DNA from: Marsupella aquatica
Lineage: Eukaryota > Plantae > Marchantiophyta
NCBI GenBank assembly: GCA_973895155.1
Contig: OZ316898.1
Location: forward strand, 2,207,927-2,271,926
Direction of reading: 5' to 3'
Length of the DNA: 64,000 bases
Shown: positions 47,991 through 62,070 of the stretch, one piece after another
How positions within the stretch are numbered: the first letter of the stretch is position 1
Layout: every line of letters starts with the position of its first letter
Program-made: the position numbers and the translations under genes
The notes under the pieces: generated by a model
The model's database searches: none
Seen by the model: the letters and a program-made list of their open reading frames with translations, nothing else
What the model was told of the DNA's origin: nothing

Positions 47991-49677
47991 TTGTACAGGG
48001 TTGTCTAAAAACATTGATCTAAAAACATTTTATGGTCATGACATATGACCAATCTTTGTGGCAAAAAGTTATGGGTCGTGAATTTGGTAGTGCATAACTA
48101 TTTTTCACCTTGACCTTAACTAAGTTAAGATCCATCAAATTTTGAGGTTTGAGACCCCCTAATCTCAGCAAGAATTATTTAATTCTTGTACAGCCAGTTT
48201 TCATTGGGAGTGTTGCAAGCCTTTACAAGTGCCCAAGGCACATTTCTCAGGTGGGTTAGTGGTCCAATTAAACTTGCAGTCACACTTATGCACTGCTGAC
48301 AGTACAAATGTCTAAGATCAAGACATGTTAAACTTGCTTTGAAATGGTTTGAAGCAGAACCCATGTTGCATACACAAGTAGAACCCAATGGTGCATTAGA
48401 GAAATTCAAACACATTCTCTAGACAGGTTGGAGTAGGTATGTTAGGGATGCCAACACGTGGCCCAAGTTGGGAGGAACACTTAGTGTATTTTACCATATG
48501 AGATCCTGGCCTAATTAAAATACTCTATTTATAGAAAAAAATTCTGTAGATCTTTCTGTTTTAAATCTCATCTTAATGTTTCTTTACTTTCCTATAGGTA
48601 CAATTGAATAGATGTTCTCTATTGTTGTGTAGTAAACACCTCATTTTAGCTCCTACATTTATACAAGTTTGGTAAAAAAAACCCAGGTTAGAACAAAATG
48701 AAAGATAATGCTTATTTTGGATAGCATATGGCTCCAACACTTCTTTGGGATTGACCCCCGGGGCAGCCCAAGGGCACCTTAGGAGGCAGGTAATGGAAAG
48801 CAATGGTCAGGAAGTTGGTGACAAGTTTAGGGTTTAGCCTTAAGTGGAGTGACACTGCAAAATCAAGGGATTTGAAGGGAATGCCCATTGGCAAACACCA
48901 AAGTTGGGGACAAGGTTTAGGGTGTCCCACATGGAGTCTAGGGGCATGCATTGTGGCTCTGAAGGCAAACAGATTTAGGCCAACTTGTGGTTTGTGGTAA
49001 AATGGCCACAAAAGCCCAACCCACTTTTTTCCTTAGTATAGTATAATGGCCAACCTCATTTTGGAGGTTGTAACAGCATCTCCAACTAAGATGCTTTTCT
49101 GCCCCATATCCACTATACCTCCCACTAGCAGTCAATTTTTGGCAGGTTGGTACCCCAGCGGTAAATGAATAGTGGTTGAGCATGGCAAGCCTGACTACCA
49201 CTTTGACCTCCAGATCTGCCACCGAGAGTGCCTGCTGGTACAGCCGGCCTTCCCACTTCCCAAAGAGAGTGATGTGTTTCTGCCTTCCACGCGGCACTCT
49301 CGCTGTGAGATTGGACCAGTTCACATTTTGAGTTAATGAGCCTGAATGCCCATTCTTTGAACAAGAATAGAGAAGTTGACAAAAATAAGCATGCATCATC
49401 ATCCTTGACATTTAATACATCCCATCCTCTCCATCCACATAGATTTGGTGGAGCCCTAGAGTCACAGTCTAGAAGCTTCACTATTGAAGCTTAGACCCCA
49501 ATTACAGCTTCTGTTCACAAATTAGTGCTAAGATTGGACCAGTTCAGAGTTTGAGTTGCACACCGGTGCAAGAATGGGGGTCTATTTTGGGGGATACTGT
49601 TGGAGATAGACATGTTAAGATGGGTCGGACCAAAATTCCAGTTGATAATCAGGCCTGTAAACTTTTCCCATAATGAG

Positions 49678-49820
49678 TCAAAATCTCCAAACCTTTGGAG
49701 ATGCTCTAAGCGGCCACATTTCACAAACTCTACAATCCTCCATTGCCGAGTCAAAAGCTCCAAACCTTTCAAGATGCTCTAAGCGGCCATAATTCACAAA
49801 CTCTACAAACCATTGCCACA
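49678..49820. repeat. ~72-bp tandem duplication
   Basis: GAGTCAAAA.CTCCAAACCTTT..AGATGCTCTAAGCGGCCA.A.TTCACAAACTCTACAA.C..CATTGCC occurs twice. Confidence 0.8.
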
Positions 49821-50286
49821 CCAGAGCTGAAACTGGAGCTGAAATGTATGGAGGGGGATGGAATTTGACCCAGAAGTTCTGGTCACAAGTCACCCATGGC
49901 ACTGGAGCCCTACCACGAGGCTTCACTCAAGTGCTTATAAACTCATTGTTATGTTGTGTTTCATTCCCGTTAATCAACAGGAATGTAAACTGAGGCAATT
50001 CCGGGGTTCTGGGCTAAAAGTAGTACAGTCAGTACTGCCATTGGCACAATCATGTCAATGGAATGTAAAGTGAGGCAATTGTGGGGTTTGGAGTAAACGT
50101 AGAACTGATCAGTAGTAGTCAGCATTGGCACGATCATGCCGAGAGAAATCGTGTCCCCCTAAGGCCATGAGAATGATGTTCACTGAAAGCTGCGAGAAAA
50201 TGCTGAAATCACCTGTTTTGTGCCCTTAATAGGCTTGGTCACAGGAAGAACAGCAAACTGAACATTTGAGGAGCAGACAGGTTGGC

Positions 50287-53200
50287 ATGGAAGCTCTTGA
50301 GCGATTGCAATCCGTGCACGCGACGCTTGGGCTCATGCGGGAGCACGCATTGTGCAGCAATGGCAACAGCGACGGTCCTGCACGATCTGGCGGCCTGGCT
50401 GCCGATCGATTTGTGGCCGATTTCTTCATCTTTCTCGTAAAATCCCCTCCCAGCAGAATGTTGCAGAGAACGGCTTCCTCGCTTGTACTCCGACCAGTTT
50501 AGTTCTAGACATGATAGTGGAAGCAAGTAGGTTAGGTAAAGAGTTCTGTCCTTTGAAATAGGAGTTTCGATGTCCTTGCCGAGAAATTTCGGTTTGGAGC
50601 TCTGGAACTTCAACCTCGATTGGGCGATAATAGCTGTGGCCCCACAGATTAGTCAAGAATATTCAAAGACTGCCATCCTTGTTTTACATAGATCCTTACT
50701 GCTATGGGATTTGTTTGATTGGCTTCTTCATGAGACTTGAATTCGGAGTTGGGCATGCACGGGGTGGGTCCACATTTGGTTTTGAGGTTTTTGTGTTTTG
50801 TGTCATGGCAGGGAAAAACAAGTGCAAATGCGGAGGAGCTGAAAGAGAGATGTGGTACTCTGATGAGCTCGTTGCCAAAGGTTTGCCCTACAATTTCAGA
50901 ACACAAGGCAGTCTTAAATGCATGGGAAGGATAGTCAATCACATTGGGTTCAACCGATGCTTTTAGTTGTGGGTCCCAATGCTTCCTGTGAGTAGACGGT
51001 AATGTTGTGTTACGGATTTCAAATCTCTGCCCTGCTTTTGTACCCGTGAAGAACTCGACCTGTGAGTCAGTGATGCACTCATGAAAATATAATAGTAACA
51101 ATTGAATTTAAATACAGGTCACCGATATTTCAGTGACCTTTGCGTTGTTAGAGAGCTCCCGGTGCAGTTAGGAATCCCGTGTGCAAGCCCTAAATTAAGC
51201 ACTGCAAAGGAAAGAGGTTGTGTATGTATGTTATTCAATCTCAGGGAATATGACGAGCCGAGCTGATAGTTGAGCCAGGGCTGTTAGTAGAAGCAAACTT
51301 TGACAGGAATTTCCAGGAATGAAATTTCTTCCTGATTGCTGTCGCGCATGAGGCCGCGTTTAATTAATCCGAGCTGAGGATTTAGAATGCAAGACAGTCC
51401 AGACCAGAATCCGGTAGCCTCGCCATCTGTTTCGGAATGCTCTCGATGGGCCATAACACTAAACAAACTTCCGAACTTTCCGGCAAGACTCCTCAATGAG
51501 AATATTGAGTCATTTTGTAGTACAATCAACAGCTCAATAATACTATATGATTTTCGTATCTCGTAAGTTGGAGGCTGTGCTGGTGACAATTTGCTGTGGT
51601 CATTGCTTGACAGGTTTCCACAACTTTTCTACAAGCTCTGGTGGCTGAAAATTGTACTCTAGGTGGGTTTGGATGCGACGCCTTCCTGGATTGTTTCTGA
51701 TCAGAGAGTAAAGCATTGTCATCAAGATCCCAGTTGTGTCGTGGCTTGTATTGTCCTTAAGATGTGAGACTGGACCTCTAGGTGATAAGTTTTGCTTTCC
51801 TGGTGGTCGAAGCTTTAGGAGGTGGTCAGGACGCCGTGAAAGTTCCAAACACTGGGTGTAATGCACTTGTGGGGAAGAGTACTGAATTGTCATCACCAGT
51901 TGCTGGGCATTACTCTCGTGATAATGAAAAAGACTCAACCATGATTTTCACGTCAGAGAAGATACATGGATATGAGGTACATACACGTAACAGTCCAACA
52001 CAAGGAAAATCCGAGGAAGGGCATTTGGCTATTCCATTGGCCCCCGTCGTCGGATTGAAAGCTATGGAACGGGCAAGTACTACATTAGAAGACTTTGTAA
52101 GTAAGACCTTTTTCGTCCTATCGTATGCCTTCGTTGCAAGCCACAAACAATCTTCCCAGCCATTTCACGGCTTACTAGGTTTTCGACGCCACCACTACTT
52201 GTTAGCATTGAACATCGAGATAGATTTCGATTTGTATCTTACTTTAGCTGTAGGGTGTGGTTAATGACTAATTGGTTCTACGGTATCCAATTTTTCCATC
52301 GCAGTGCAGGTCCTACTTCATGTTTCATGATATGGATGTCCACAACCCTCAACAATTGTTCAAGTATCTACCCATATTATCATTTGTGGAGGCTTTCATC
52401 TATCAGGTGCTCGTCATAATCTGAAGACTCATTGTCTAACGTTAATGCTGAGATGATGTTGTGCATACTATCGTTAAACATGTTACAATTATCACGGCTT
52501 TTGATTTATGAGTTGCGGTGGGAGGTTTGACACCATTGTTATCCTGTTTGCGGAGTTTGAAAGCTTTGTATTTGAAATTGCAGCTTGATGAGAAAAATGA
52601 GGAGCAAGTAAGGCCACGAAATTCTGGCTGTGACAAATGTCTTCCCAGTTCTTTAAATCCAAATTCTCAAGGATCTTCTCATTCTTTAGTTGACCGATGT
52701 TGTCAAGAAGCTGCTCGGAGCCAGGTTAGCTTCCTACCAGTTTTGATGGGAATATATGTATTGTACTTAATTTGGCTTGTGTTAGAAATTCTGTTTTGTT
52801 GATTTATGAAATTCACCCATAGTAAATGTCAAACAAATTCCTTGGGTGTCAGAGTTTCAAACTGACTTGCATATGTTCCGTGGATTATAACATGCCATGC
52901 TATAATAAACATTCCTTGACTAGTCGAACTGTATCTGTCAGACAGATCTGCGGTGCAAAACAGGACTGTGTTTGGGACTCATCAAGTCAAAATCGGGTAG
53001 AAACACACCATTTTAGAGGACTGGAACATGTTCTTGCTGATCAGGGGCTGCTAACTGAAAGGTCATCGCCAAGCCGTCCTTTTGGTTCTCCTCTAACCAC
53101 ATGTCTTGTGATTTGACCGTATCTAACTTTATGTGCTATGAAATGAATAACCAAATAACTCATAAATTAAGAGACAAACTTGTCTCCAACTTGCCTGTCT

Positions 53201-55714
53201 GTGTTCTTTCTGTTTTCCAATGCCTACTGTGGATATTTCACAGCAGCCACAGAACAATACTGAGGCACTAGGCTGAAGGCTTTCTCATTGTTTTCCAGGA
53301 TAATGTCAGAGCTTCGAGCTGGATTGGAGTATTGGAGACTTGAAAACGCTCTCTGCGAGGCAATGATGACCGGTGACCATATTTCTCCAGAGGATACTTT
53401 TATCGCGATTGAACTCAAGTCATTTGACTACCGAGTACTCAATCTCCTGCTTTACTCCTTGACAGGCAGAGAGGTTGGTCCCTGATGTACCATCATGTGG
53501 AATGTAACTTTACTGGATCCAATTGTCTGCTATCTGAGATATGACTAGCACGCTTTTCTTGCAGCACATTATTAATCTGCCTGGAATATCCAAAGGCTTG
53601 TAGACACGGATCCTCTTGTAGAGTATAAAAGGATCTTGTAGAGTAGAACAAGACTGCAACTTGCTTGAGGACAGAGATTACTTGTACCGAATATTACTCA
53701 AAAGCTATCCTTCTATAACCGTGACAGCCTTTCTATGTGGCTACGTGTTTCATAGTGTCTCCAAGTATTGTCATATTCTAATGGCTATGAATCACGAATA
53801 AAGCTGGAGAATCATCTGGTCTGATAGACTTAGCAAGCACTCTGATTGCATGCTGCATGTAGTCCTGGGAAGTACAATGAAGGACATTTCTTGAAGGATA
53901 AATAGATGAAAGAAAACAGCATGAACTAGATGCGGTAAGGGTGGCAGAGGTTTAAACTTTTCACGTAGCCTTCTCTCAGATGCTATCGTTAGCAAATTGC
54001 TTATTAATCAGCTCAATTCATGTTTGTGTAGGTCAATGAAGCTCATTTCAAGTTCTTGGCAGTCTCAGAGATTTTGGTGGAGATTTCAGATGACCTGTGA
54101 GCCACAACTTTCCTCATTATGTCATTTTGATTTGCTGGTTGTATGATGTGCCATTATTAAGATTATTCCAGACAAGAACAAATCCATGTGGATCTCACGA
54201 GATGTTATATAAATGTGTTGCAGGTATGACTACGAGGTGAACGAGATTTCTCTATTTGATGCATTCAAGCTTTTGTCGTTGGAGAGAATGAGGCCCTACA
54301 CCCAATTTCCGTCACTAGAATAAATTATCCCTAGGCGTGGGCAAGATTAGCCGACTAGATGCCTTTGCAGGAACATGAAACTTTAATGTCAGAAGAGAAA
54401 TAGTCATCTCCTCGTCAATGCATGATCTTAGAGTATGACTGAAAATCGTCTCCTCTGCAAATTTATGCTTCTATGTAAAGATTTGCTGAACCATTGTTCA
54501 GGATGATGTTCTGAAAAACAGCTTCAATGTTCTGCGAATGCTGGTGAGAGTTTATGGACCAGCTAAGGCCCCAGATTTACTTGTAAGTTCCCATCTCTAA
54601 CGCGCAACAGCATGTATACTGTGTTGGTTAGAGAACAATTATTTGCAAGTGACTAGCAAGCATACGAAAGACTTGCTAGAACAATATGGGTGAATGTCTC
54701 GCTGCTTCTATGGCAATTACCTCTCTACCAGCCGCTTTGTGCGAAGTAGTTTTCATTGCTCGACTAAGTCATTAGTAAGCGAGGTCAAGCTATAAAGGAG
54801 AAGATATAAACCATAGACCGGGGGAAACAGACTTCAAATGGTTTACCGTTGCATCCGTCCTGAAAACGCTTATGCTGTTCCTAGCTATTTACACTTAATT
54901 TACCCATTGTGCATTGAATTAGTTATGTAGAGCACTTTTTCTATTTACGGAACATTAATTGGTGTCCGCTGTCCGGTGTCAGATTAGTGTTTTAAGGTAG
55001 TAAGATTGGCATGCGAAGTGCATCTTTACACGCAACTGCATGAATGTTATGGGAGCCTCGTTGTTTTTGTGACTGTTCCAAAGTCCTGAGAGATTTTCTT
55101 AGTTGACGAGTCTGTTGGAGGTGGTGGACGAAGCAGTCACAATGGCGGTTCTGGTCCGAGACTTATCATTTTGTTAATTGCAGGCAAAATTCATTAGCGA
55201 GCAAGAAGTGAGGTACCAGCAGCTCTTGGATGGGCTGGAACCCGGCCTTGCAAGGCACTACCGAGACCGATGCAAGGAGGCTACTCATGAAGGTGGATAC
55301 AGCTTCATCCTCTTATCCGACAACTCACGCGCAAGTCTCCATGACTTTGTTGGTTCTTCCTATCATAGGATATGCATTCGTGACGGGCTAAGGTTCCGTT
55401 CATCAGTGTGCAGGGAGGTTCTTATGTGCGTTTGCGAGCGATTAATTTAGATTCCCAATAGAAACATCTTCGTTTTCTATTCGTTACTATGTGAAGAAGG
55501 TTTCCCGTTGAGACTTACAAGTCCTCTCCTTTGCCCTCAGTGTTTTGCTCTGTCTTATCGAAGTCTGATGGGCTTCTCTGCTCTTGCTGCAGGTGGAGGT
55601 GGTGCAAAATATCAGTTTGGTTCCTGGACAATACCTCCTGTAATTGTGGATGAGCAGGCCTTCAGAGAAAGGCACTCAGCGTCACCCCGTCAAGAACGAA
55701 ATAAGTACATATGA
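50287..55714 (+). CDS. Conserved uncharacterised plant protein with DDxxD motif (putative terpenoid-synthase-like fold)
   Basis: Exons 50287-50436, 50812-50880, (~51782)-52096, 52305-52406, 52584-52724, 52946-53061, 53299-53473, 54032-54096, 54224-54236, 54502-54582, 55184-55292 and 55593-55714. Conserved-looking blocks: MERASTTLEDFCRSYFMFH, FKYLPILSFVEAFIYQLDE, LKSFDYRVLNLLLY, FLAVSEILVEISDDLYDYEDDVLKNSFNVLRM, GSWTIPPVIVDE. The exon structure between 50880 and 51850 is uncertain. Confidence 0.8.
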
Positions 55715-58598
55715 GACAGATTTCTTACTTCAACAACAGTGCTTGGTCAAATTGTCTGAGAGTAAAATGCTATTCCTGCATTAAACCAATATCCCAAGTA
55801 AATTACGGCACATGGATGATTTTGGAAGCTCACCAAACAGATCCCATGATAAAGAATCGCACTTTGAAAGGCTGTTGTGTAAAGCAATTTAAATAAGTAG
55901 TCCTTGGTCGTAAACCACTGCAACGTTGACATCCATTGGCACACTTGCTCTCCAAGAACGGACGAGGTCTTTGCCATGTTACAGCCCAGTGCTTAGAATG
56001 TGATTTGTGTTTTAAATTATTGACGTCCTGGAGGCAGTGTGAGAACATTTCTGTTGCCCTTGCACCAATCTTCAAGTGGCTCATTTACTCTACTGAACCA
56101 AATAAAAGCGTAGTCAGCTGCCAAATCTACTCAGCTGTAAAATTCGACCATCAGGGGCCTCACATAGATCACACATGGTGACAAGTAATCTTCTGGACGT
56201 GATATTTTAGCTTCAAACCAGTTCTTCTATGCCTATTTACTTGATGGTGAAACGTAACCTTAACCTTACGGGAACTCAACTTAAATCAATATCCCACTCG
56301 CTCATTGCCAAAACCTGTAAACTATCATGAGCCCCGTTTTTATTGGGGACAGCAGAGTAGCTAAGGTGAAACTGTAGTCGGGATAAGTCATTGGTAGATT
56401 TCATACTGTAGTTTGGTTATTCACAAATTTGTACCCATCCACTGTAATGCTTGATGGTTTCAAACGCTCCTTGGCACATCAGTCATGTGGTGATGGGCGA
56501 AATTCTCCCTTGTTTCACAATGTTAGGTCCCATGCAAAGACCTTGTCATGCCAATTCCTGAATGTGTTTATAGTTGCCTTGACTTGCTGTAGTTTCTGTG
56601 GGTGACTCCCGGCCGGATTTACCATTAAAGAGCCACCAGCCATGACAAAAACACAGTTCCACAGATTTCACCATTTTTAATAATTTTTTCTGAAATTGAG
56701 TAGCAAAACCTCACGGTAGAGTGAACAATTTTGGACACTAGTCCTTTTATATAGCTGGTGGTGGTTTAAAGATGTCATCTACAAGCCCACCTTATATGAA
56801 AACCGGAAACACAAGGACCCTGGAGGCCAAACCAGACCAAAAGCAACACGGTCTTTTATGGACAACTTACTTGCCAAAAGTCAAAATCTATTTCATTAGC
56901 ACCAAGCAGTACTAAAGGGGGATGCGTTTAGGGTGCCAAAAGTCAATTTTTTTAAACTAGTTTGGTCAACACCCAGTTAGACTACCCAAGCCCACTTGCG
57001 TTGGACATACTCCAAACTTCCAAAGCCCCTACTCAAAAGTTTGAAAGCAGCCAAGTCCAGGTCTCATCTGGACAGCAGTTAGTTATTACTGTAGTACTGC
57101 TAAACGGCAAAATTAGTTTAATTTTAAATAATGTTATTATATTCCATGTATAATGATAAAGCTCTATGCTAATTATGTTGTGCTGGGGAAGCGGCTAGTG
57201 ACCGAAATTTGTCAGGATTTACGGTCTTGGATCAGCCAGTTTCCCACGTAGCTACATACCCTTTGTAAAAAATTGGTCTAGAATATTAGATTGGAAATGT
57301 TTTAAGCAGCTTCTCCGTCGTACAAGGTAAAAGCTTAAAACTACCCTGATGTGGACTACAATTTGTTGTTATTATGGTTATTAAAGACGATATTATTCTC
57401 AGTGTATAATTATGTTGCTTTAAAGTAATTATGTAGCCCTGCTGGGAAAGCAGCCAACGAGTGGAGCATTGTTTTTTGTGGCAACAATATGCCAAATTCC
57501 AACTCATTGAAAAGTCTTCACCAGCCACAATTTGTTTGTGGACCCAGTCCTTATGTATGTTGTGATTCTTTGCAAAAAGTCAATACTCCAACTTTCATCA
57601 TTCTCGTATCACGACTTATTTGAGGACTTTATCTGAACCAGCCGCAATGGCCTATGCGCAGGGTCTACAATTTATCTACTACTTCAATATAAGTGACTGT
57701 CCAGGATTGCAACAAACTTTGAGATTCTTTGTGTCTGTTTGTTTAGAGTAGCTTAATGTCCCTAGAATGAAAATTACTGGATATTCTCAATCTCCTCCAA
57801 TGTTTCAAATACCGTGCAGTGTCACAAAATTCTCTCAACGTCATCAGAAATTGTTGAAAAATATATTTCTCTTCTTCTTTTTTAGCAAATATGCTCCCAA
57901 GCCAGGTCAAGTGTCTGGAAATAGACGAGATTTTCTTAAAACTGAACCCCCGTTTCAAAAGCAACTGGACACTTTTCTTTCCAATTTGAATCAACCCATA
58001 ATTTTACGCGGTCCATGGGAGGGGCAAAAGAAACCCTTGGGTCCATCTCGGCTTTACATTCACGAACGTCCTCACCAACAAAAAAGGAAAAACAAACATT
58101 TAAAAACTATATCCGACGGCACTTTGTCGTCGTCATTAATAATTACACCTAAAATAGTATAAATAATTAAAAAAACGATATGATATGATACTCCTCTGTA
58201 TAACTCAATGATGTGGCTCTAGACGACTAGAACAGCTCCATAGCACTGCTCCACAGCACTGCTGCGCAAGCAGCCAAAAGAAGGAAGGGAGGCGAGTAAC
58301 ACGTTCCTCAGCAGTACAGTACAGCAGTACCGGTCTACGGGAGTCTACGGTGCAGAGCCGGTTGGGAAAAGACGGGACCGGCGGGCTGCGGGGGCCCTTT
58401 GGTGCGTCCTGCCCCGTGCGGTACAGTAGGGAACTGTGTGGGCAGACCTGGAGCTCTAGGTGTGGCTTTAGCGAGACACGCGGCTGTCTGCGATTTTTGT
58501 CTGGCTCCGGCCCCAAAGTCTCTCCTGCCCAATGTGAGCGCTCTGCTTGGTGCCCGGTCGGTTGGTTGGCTGAGTAGCGCTCCCTGCTCCCAAGGCCT

Positions 58599-58648
58599 GG
58601 GGGCAGGGGCAGGGGGCAGGGCCTGGGGCAGAAGGGGGCAGGGCAGGG
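58599..58648 (+). other. G-quadruplex-forming motif
   Basis: GGGGGCAGGGGCAGGGGGCAGGGCCTGGGGCAGAAGGGGGCAGGGCAGGG contains eight G-tracts of 3 or more with short loops. Confidence 0.6.
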
Positions 58649-58689
58649 ACAGAGGATGTGGAAGCATGGCCTTGGCAGCTAGCGTTATC

Positions 58690-59010
58690 TTAATATTGGG
58701 AAAACCGAATCAGCTTTCTGCAAACCAAATATTTGGAGCCGTCTGAGAGCGGCCATTTGTAAGCTTTTGTCCTTACTCTTGGGAAACCGAATCTGCTTTT
58801 TCTCTATCTTGGGAGACCGAATCATCTTTCTGCAAACGAAATATTTGAAGAGAGGTCATTTTAAGCTTTCTCCTAAACTTGGGAAACCGAATCAGCTTCC
58901 TGCAAACGAAATATTTGGAGCGGGCTAAGCAGGGGTCTTATTGAAGGTGGTTCTTAATCTTGGGAAACTGAATCAGCTTTCTGCACGCGAAATATTAGGA
59001 GCTGTCTGAG
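58690..59010. repeat. Degenerate tandem repeat (TTGGGAAACCGAATCAGCTTTCTGCAAACGAAATATTTGGAG), ~4-5 copies
   Basis: The motif recurs at ~58697, 58779, 58809, 58879 and 58960. Confidence 0.8.
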
Positions 59011-60499
59011 TAGGGTCATCATTTTAAAGGGTTTTTAGGTTTTTAGGTTTTTACTATGTTTCCAGGGTGGCCAATGTCATCTTGTGTGAAGGAGAATGCT
59101 CCAATTATTTATTATCTACTGTAGTTTTCTTAGACTAATTAGGTCCTTAGATTTCCCTAGGTTGCAGGATTCCTGTCAGATTAGGGCTAGTGGGGTCTGT
59201 GGCTAGGTAGGAAACTCAAATGAAACAACCTGGAGGGCGAGGTTCCCAAGACCAGGTGAAACTTAGCAAATGTACGTCACTGAAACAAGAACCCAACTTA
59301 ATACAAAAAAGAAGAATCAAAGTAGAATAAAGGGAAAGCAAAATTGGTCCGAAAGCAAATGCAACCCCTGAAAACCCGACAATAAAGTAGAATTTTTGTT
59401 ATCACTACTCTAGGGGGATGGACTAAGGTCCTCGTGTACCTGAACAAACGTGGCGGAAGCTAATGGAACACAACTAGTGTTGTAACTAATTATGCAAGAG
59501 GGACAAGAATGTACTCTAAGGGGGACAGTCACTTTAAAAAACAGTAGGGTTGAGTGTTTAGAATCAGGTAAAGAATAGGAGGTATTAGACCCGTCCCTTA
59601 ACTCATGAGTAAGTTTATACTTTTGTTTTAAAGCAGTTTTAAGTCTATTTGGTTGCCACAAAAGTTCCCATACAAATCTTCATATTCGTGATGCTTTTGT
59701 AAAATTCTGCCGCTTTTAGTGAAAAATAATCACCACTCATGCTTGGTCAAACGAGTTTACCTAAACAGGTTTAATTTTTGTCCACGAAAGGACAAAGTGA
59801 AACACAAGTACATGAATAGATTTCCGGGATATTAAGCTTCTCCTGACCATAATCCTTACTTGATAGATGTAAATTGCCGATTGGGATTGCTAAATACTTA
59901 TTTGCATATTCCCAGATACTGGTTCGCATCTCTCAACAACCTTGCTGGCCGGGTTTTGAGGCACTTTCCCCCAGTGTTGTTTTGGGGGCAGGAACAAGGG
60001 CTGATGCCTTAGCTTGATATAGCCGTGCTTTGAATTTGAATTTTGCTGAATATTTGGAGCAGTCTCACTGTTTTAGGGTCTTTAGACACCAATTGATGAC
60101 AGGGATTCCGTGATACTTTTAAATAGGTAGTGGCTTTGCCGACTGGGATTTTTTAGCAAAACTGCTGGCTTCTAAATCAATTTAGAAGACCCAAAATCAA
60201 TTTAGAAGACCCAAAATCAATCAAAATCTTAGGGCTTCTAAATCAATCAAACATGAGGCTCTTCTAAATTCAATTTTGTGACTTATAAGGAGGGGATGAT
60301 CTTTTTAATCACAATTTTGAAATCTTTCAAGAATATTTCAACTTTCGAGGGGTTTAAAAATAAAATTATTATATTTTAGGGGGTCGAAAACCTAAAAACA
60401 TAACAGGTCACGATAGGGATGTCTCCATAGAATGCTACCCCCCAAGATTGAGAGGGGGGGGGGGGGCAGGTGCCCAGAGTTTAAATGGCCTTTCCAAAT

Positions 60500-62070
60500 C
60501 ACAATAAACCTGATTATTGTTTTATATCATTGAGGGTTACCATTGGATTTTGATATATGTGTATCCAACTCAGAATTTTTTATATTCAGTTACCACAACC
60601 CTTCTTTCGCTGGTCTCATGAGAAATGGGAATTTGGCACTTCAAACTTACCAGGTCCCTTTAAAAATAAATTCCCGATGGTCAAAAACCAACCCAGACCA
60701 CGTTCATCACGATTAGGATAAACCAGATTACTCTTTTATATCATTGAGTGTTGTTATTTTTAAATATCAATATGCTACATTTTTTTATGCAATTACCACC
60801 CTTCCTCTTTCTGGTCTGATGAGAAGAAATTCCAATTTGACACTTCATACTTATCAGGTTCCCTTTTTAAAAAGTTAGCCCATACCACATTCATCATCGT
60901 GCAAAAACATATGAATGTATTTTTCAAACCAGGATAGACTTGATTGTTCTTTATATAATTGAGTGTTGTTATTTTTAAGTATCCAACCGGTCCTTTGACT
61001 CCTTATGATAATGTAACTACCGGTAGCACAACGATCCTTTGACTCCTTTTCATAATGTAACTACCGGTAGCACAACCATTTCTTTTTCTGGTCTGATGAG
61101 AAATGGAATCTGACGCTTCATAGTTACCAGGTTCCCCTTTTTAACAAAAATCCACGATGGTCGAAAGTGAGCCCAGTCCACATTCATCATCATCATCATG
61201 CGAAAACGTTGAGCGAGTCACCCAGGATTTTGTCTTCTTCCGGACAAATATTCCACAAAGGGGATGGACCGCAGGAGAATCTAACCATGCCGTAAGGCAG
61301 TAAATACGACCCAATCTCCCTTTTTACATGTACGGTAACGTAATGAATGAAATACGGTACTCGGATTTGGGAATGACGTAAATTTTCCATCACTTGCGTT
61401 GCGTCCCCAGATTAACTTTCTCAAATTCTCTTTTTCCGCCGAACAAGAACGCCTCATTTGGCAATTCTCTAAGTCCAATCAAAATCCCGAAAGGGGACAA
61501 AAGGGCTGGGTTTATCAATTTATGGTAAACCCACTCAAATTCTCTTTTTTCTGGCCAACAACAAGCTTCATTTTGTAGCTATATATATATATTAGTCACC
61601 TCAGGAATAAGCGGAGTAAAGTTGTTCCATCACAAGATAATGATCCAAGTTATACACGTAAATGGATGGTACTAAAATATTCTAATAAAAAAACCCAAAA
61701 GGAGGGTAAACCCACTCCTTTTGTAATTGTCTAGATATCAGGGTCGCCTCCGGAATTAGAGGAGAAAAGTTGTCCCATGACAAGAAGTCCATAATGATGC
61801 AAGTCTTGGACGAAAATGGCTTGGATTAAAATATCCCAGTCAACCAACCCAAAAGGGGAGACAAAAGGGCTGGTAACCCCACTCGAATTCCTTTTCCCCG
61901 GCCAATCAAAAGTTTACTTTGTATCGTGGTCTTAGAGATTTGAGGAGAAAAGTTGTCTCATGACAAGATCTTCATAATGATGCAAGTCATGGACGTAAAT
62001 GGTTGGTATTAAAATATTATTGTCAATAAACTCAAATGGGCAAAACAAAAGGCTGGTAAACCCAGTCCCG
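60500..62070. repeat. Two adjacent degenerate tandem arrays (~215-bp units x3; ~180-200-bp units x3)
   Basis: CTGGTCT.ATGAGAA...CACTTCA.A.TTA.CAGGT.CCC.TTT x3 (60500-61200). AAAAGGGCTGGTAAACCCACTC...GAGGAGAAAAGTTGTC.CATGACAAGA...ATAATGATGCAAGTC x3 (61490-62070). Confidence 0.7.

Noticed and set aside
48200-49650. Several 80-160-aa ORFs between ABC1K1 and the DDxxD gene
   Set aside because: No recognisable domain or consistent splice structure; probably decayed TE sequence.
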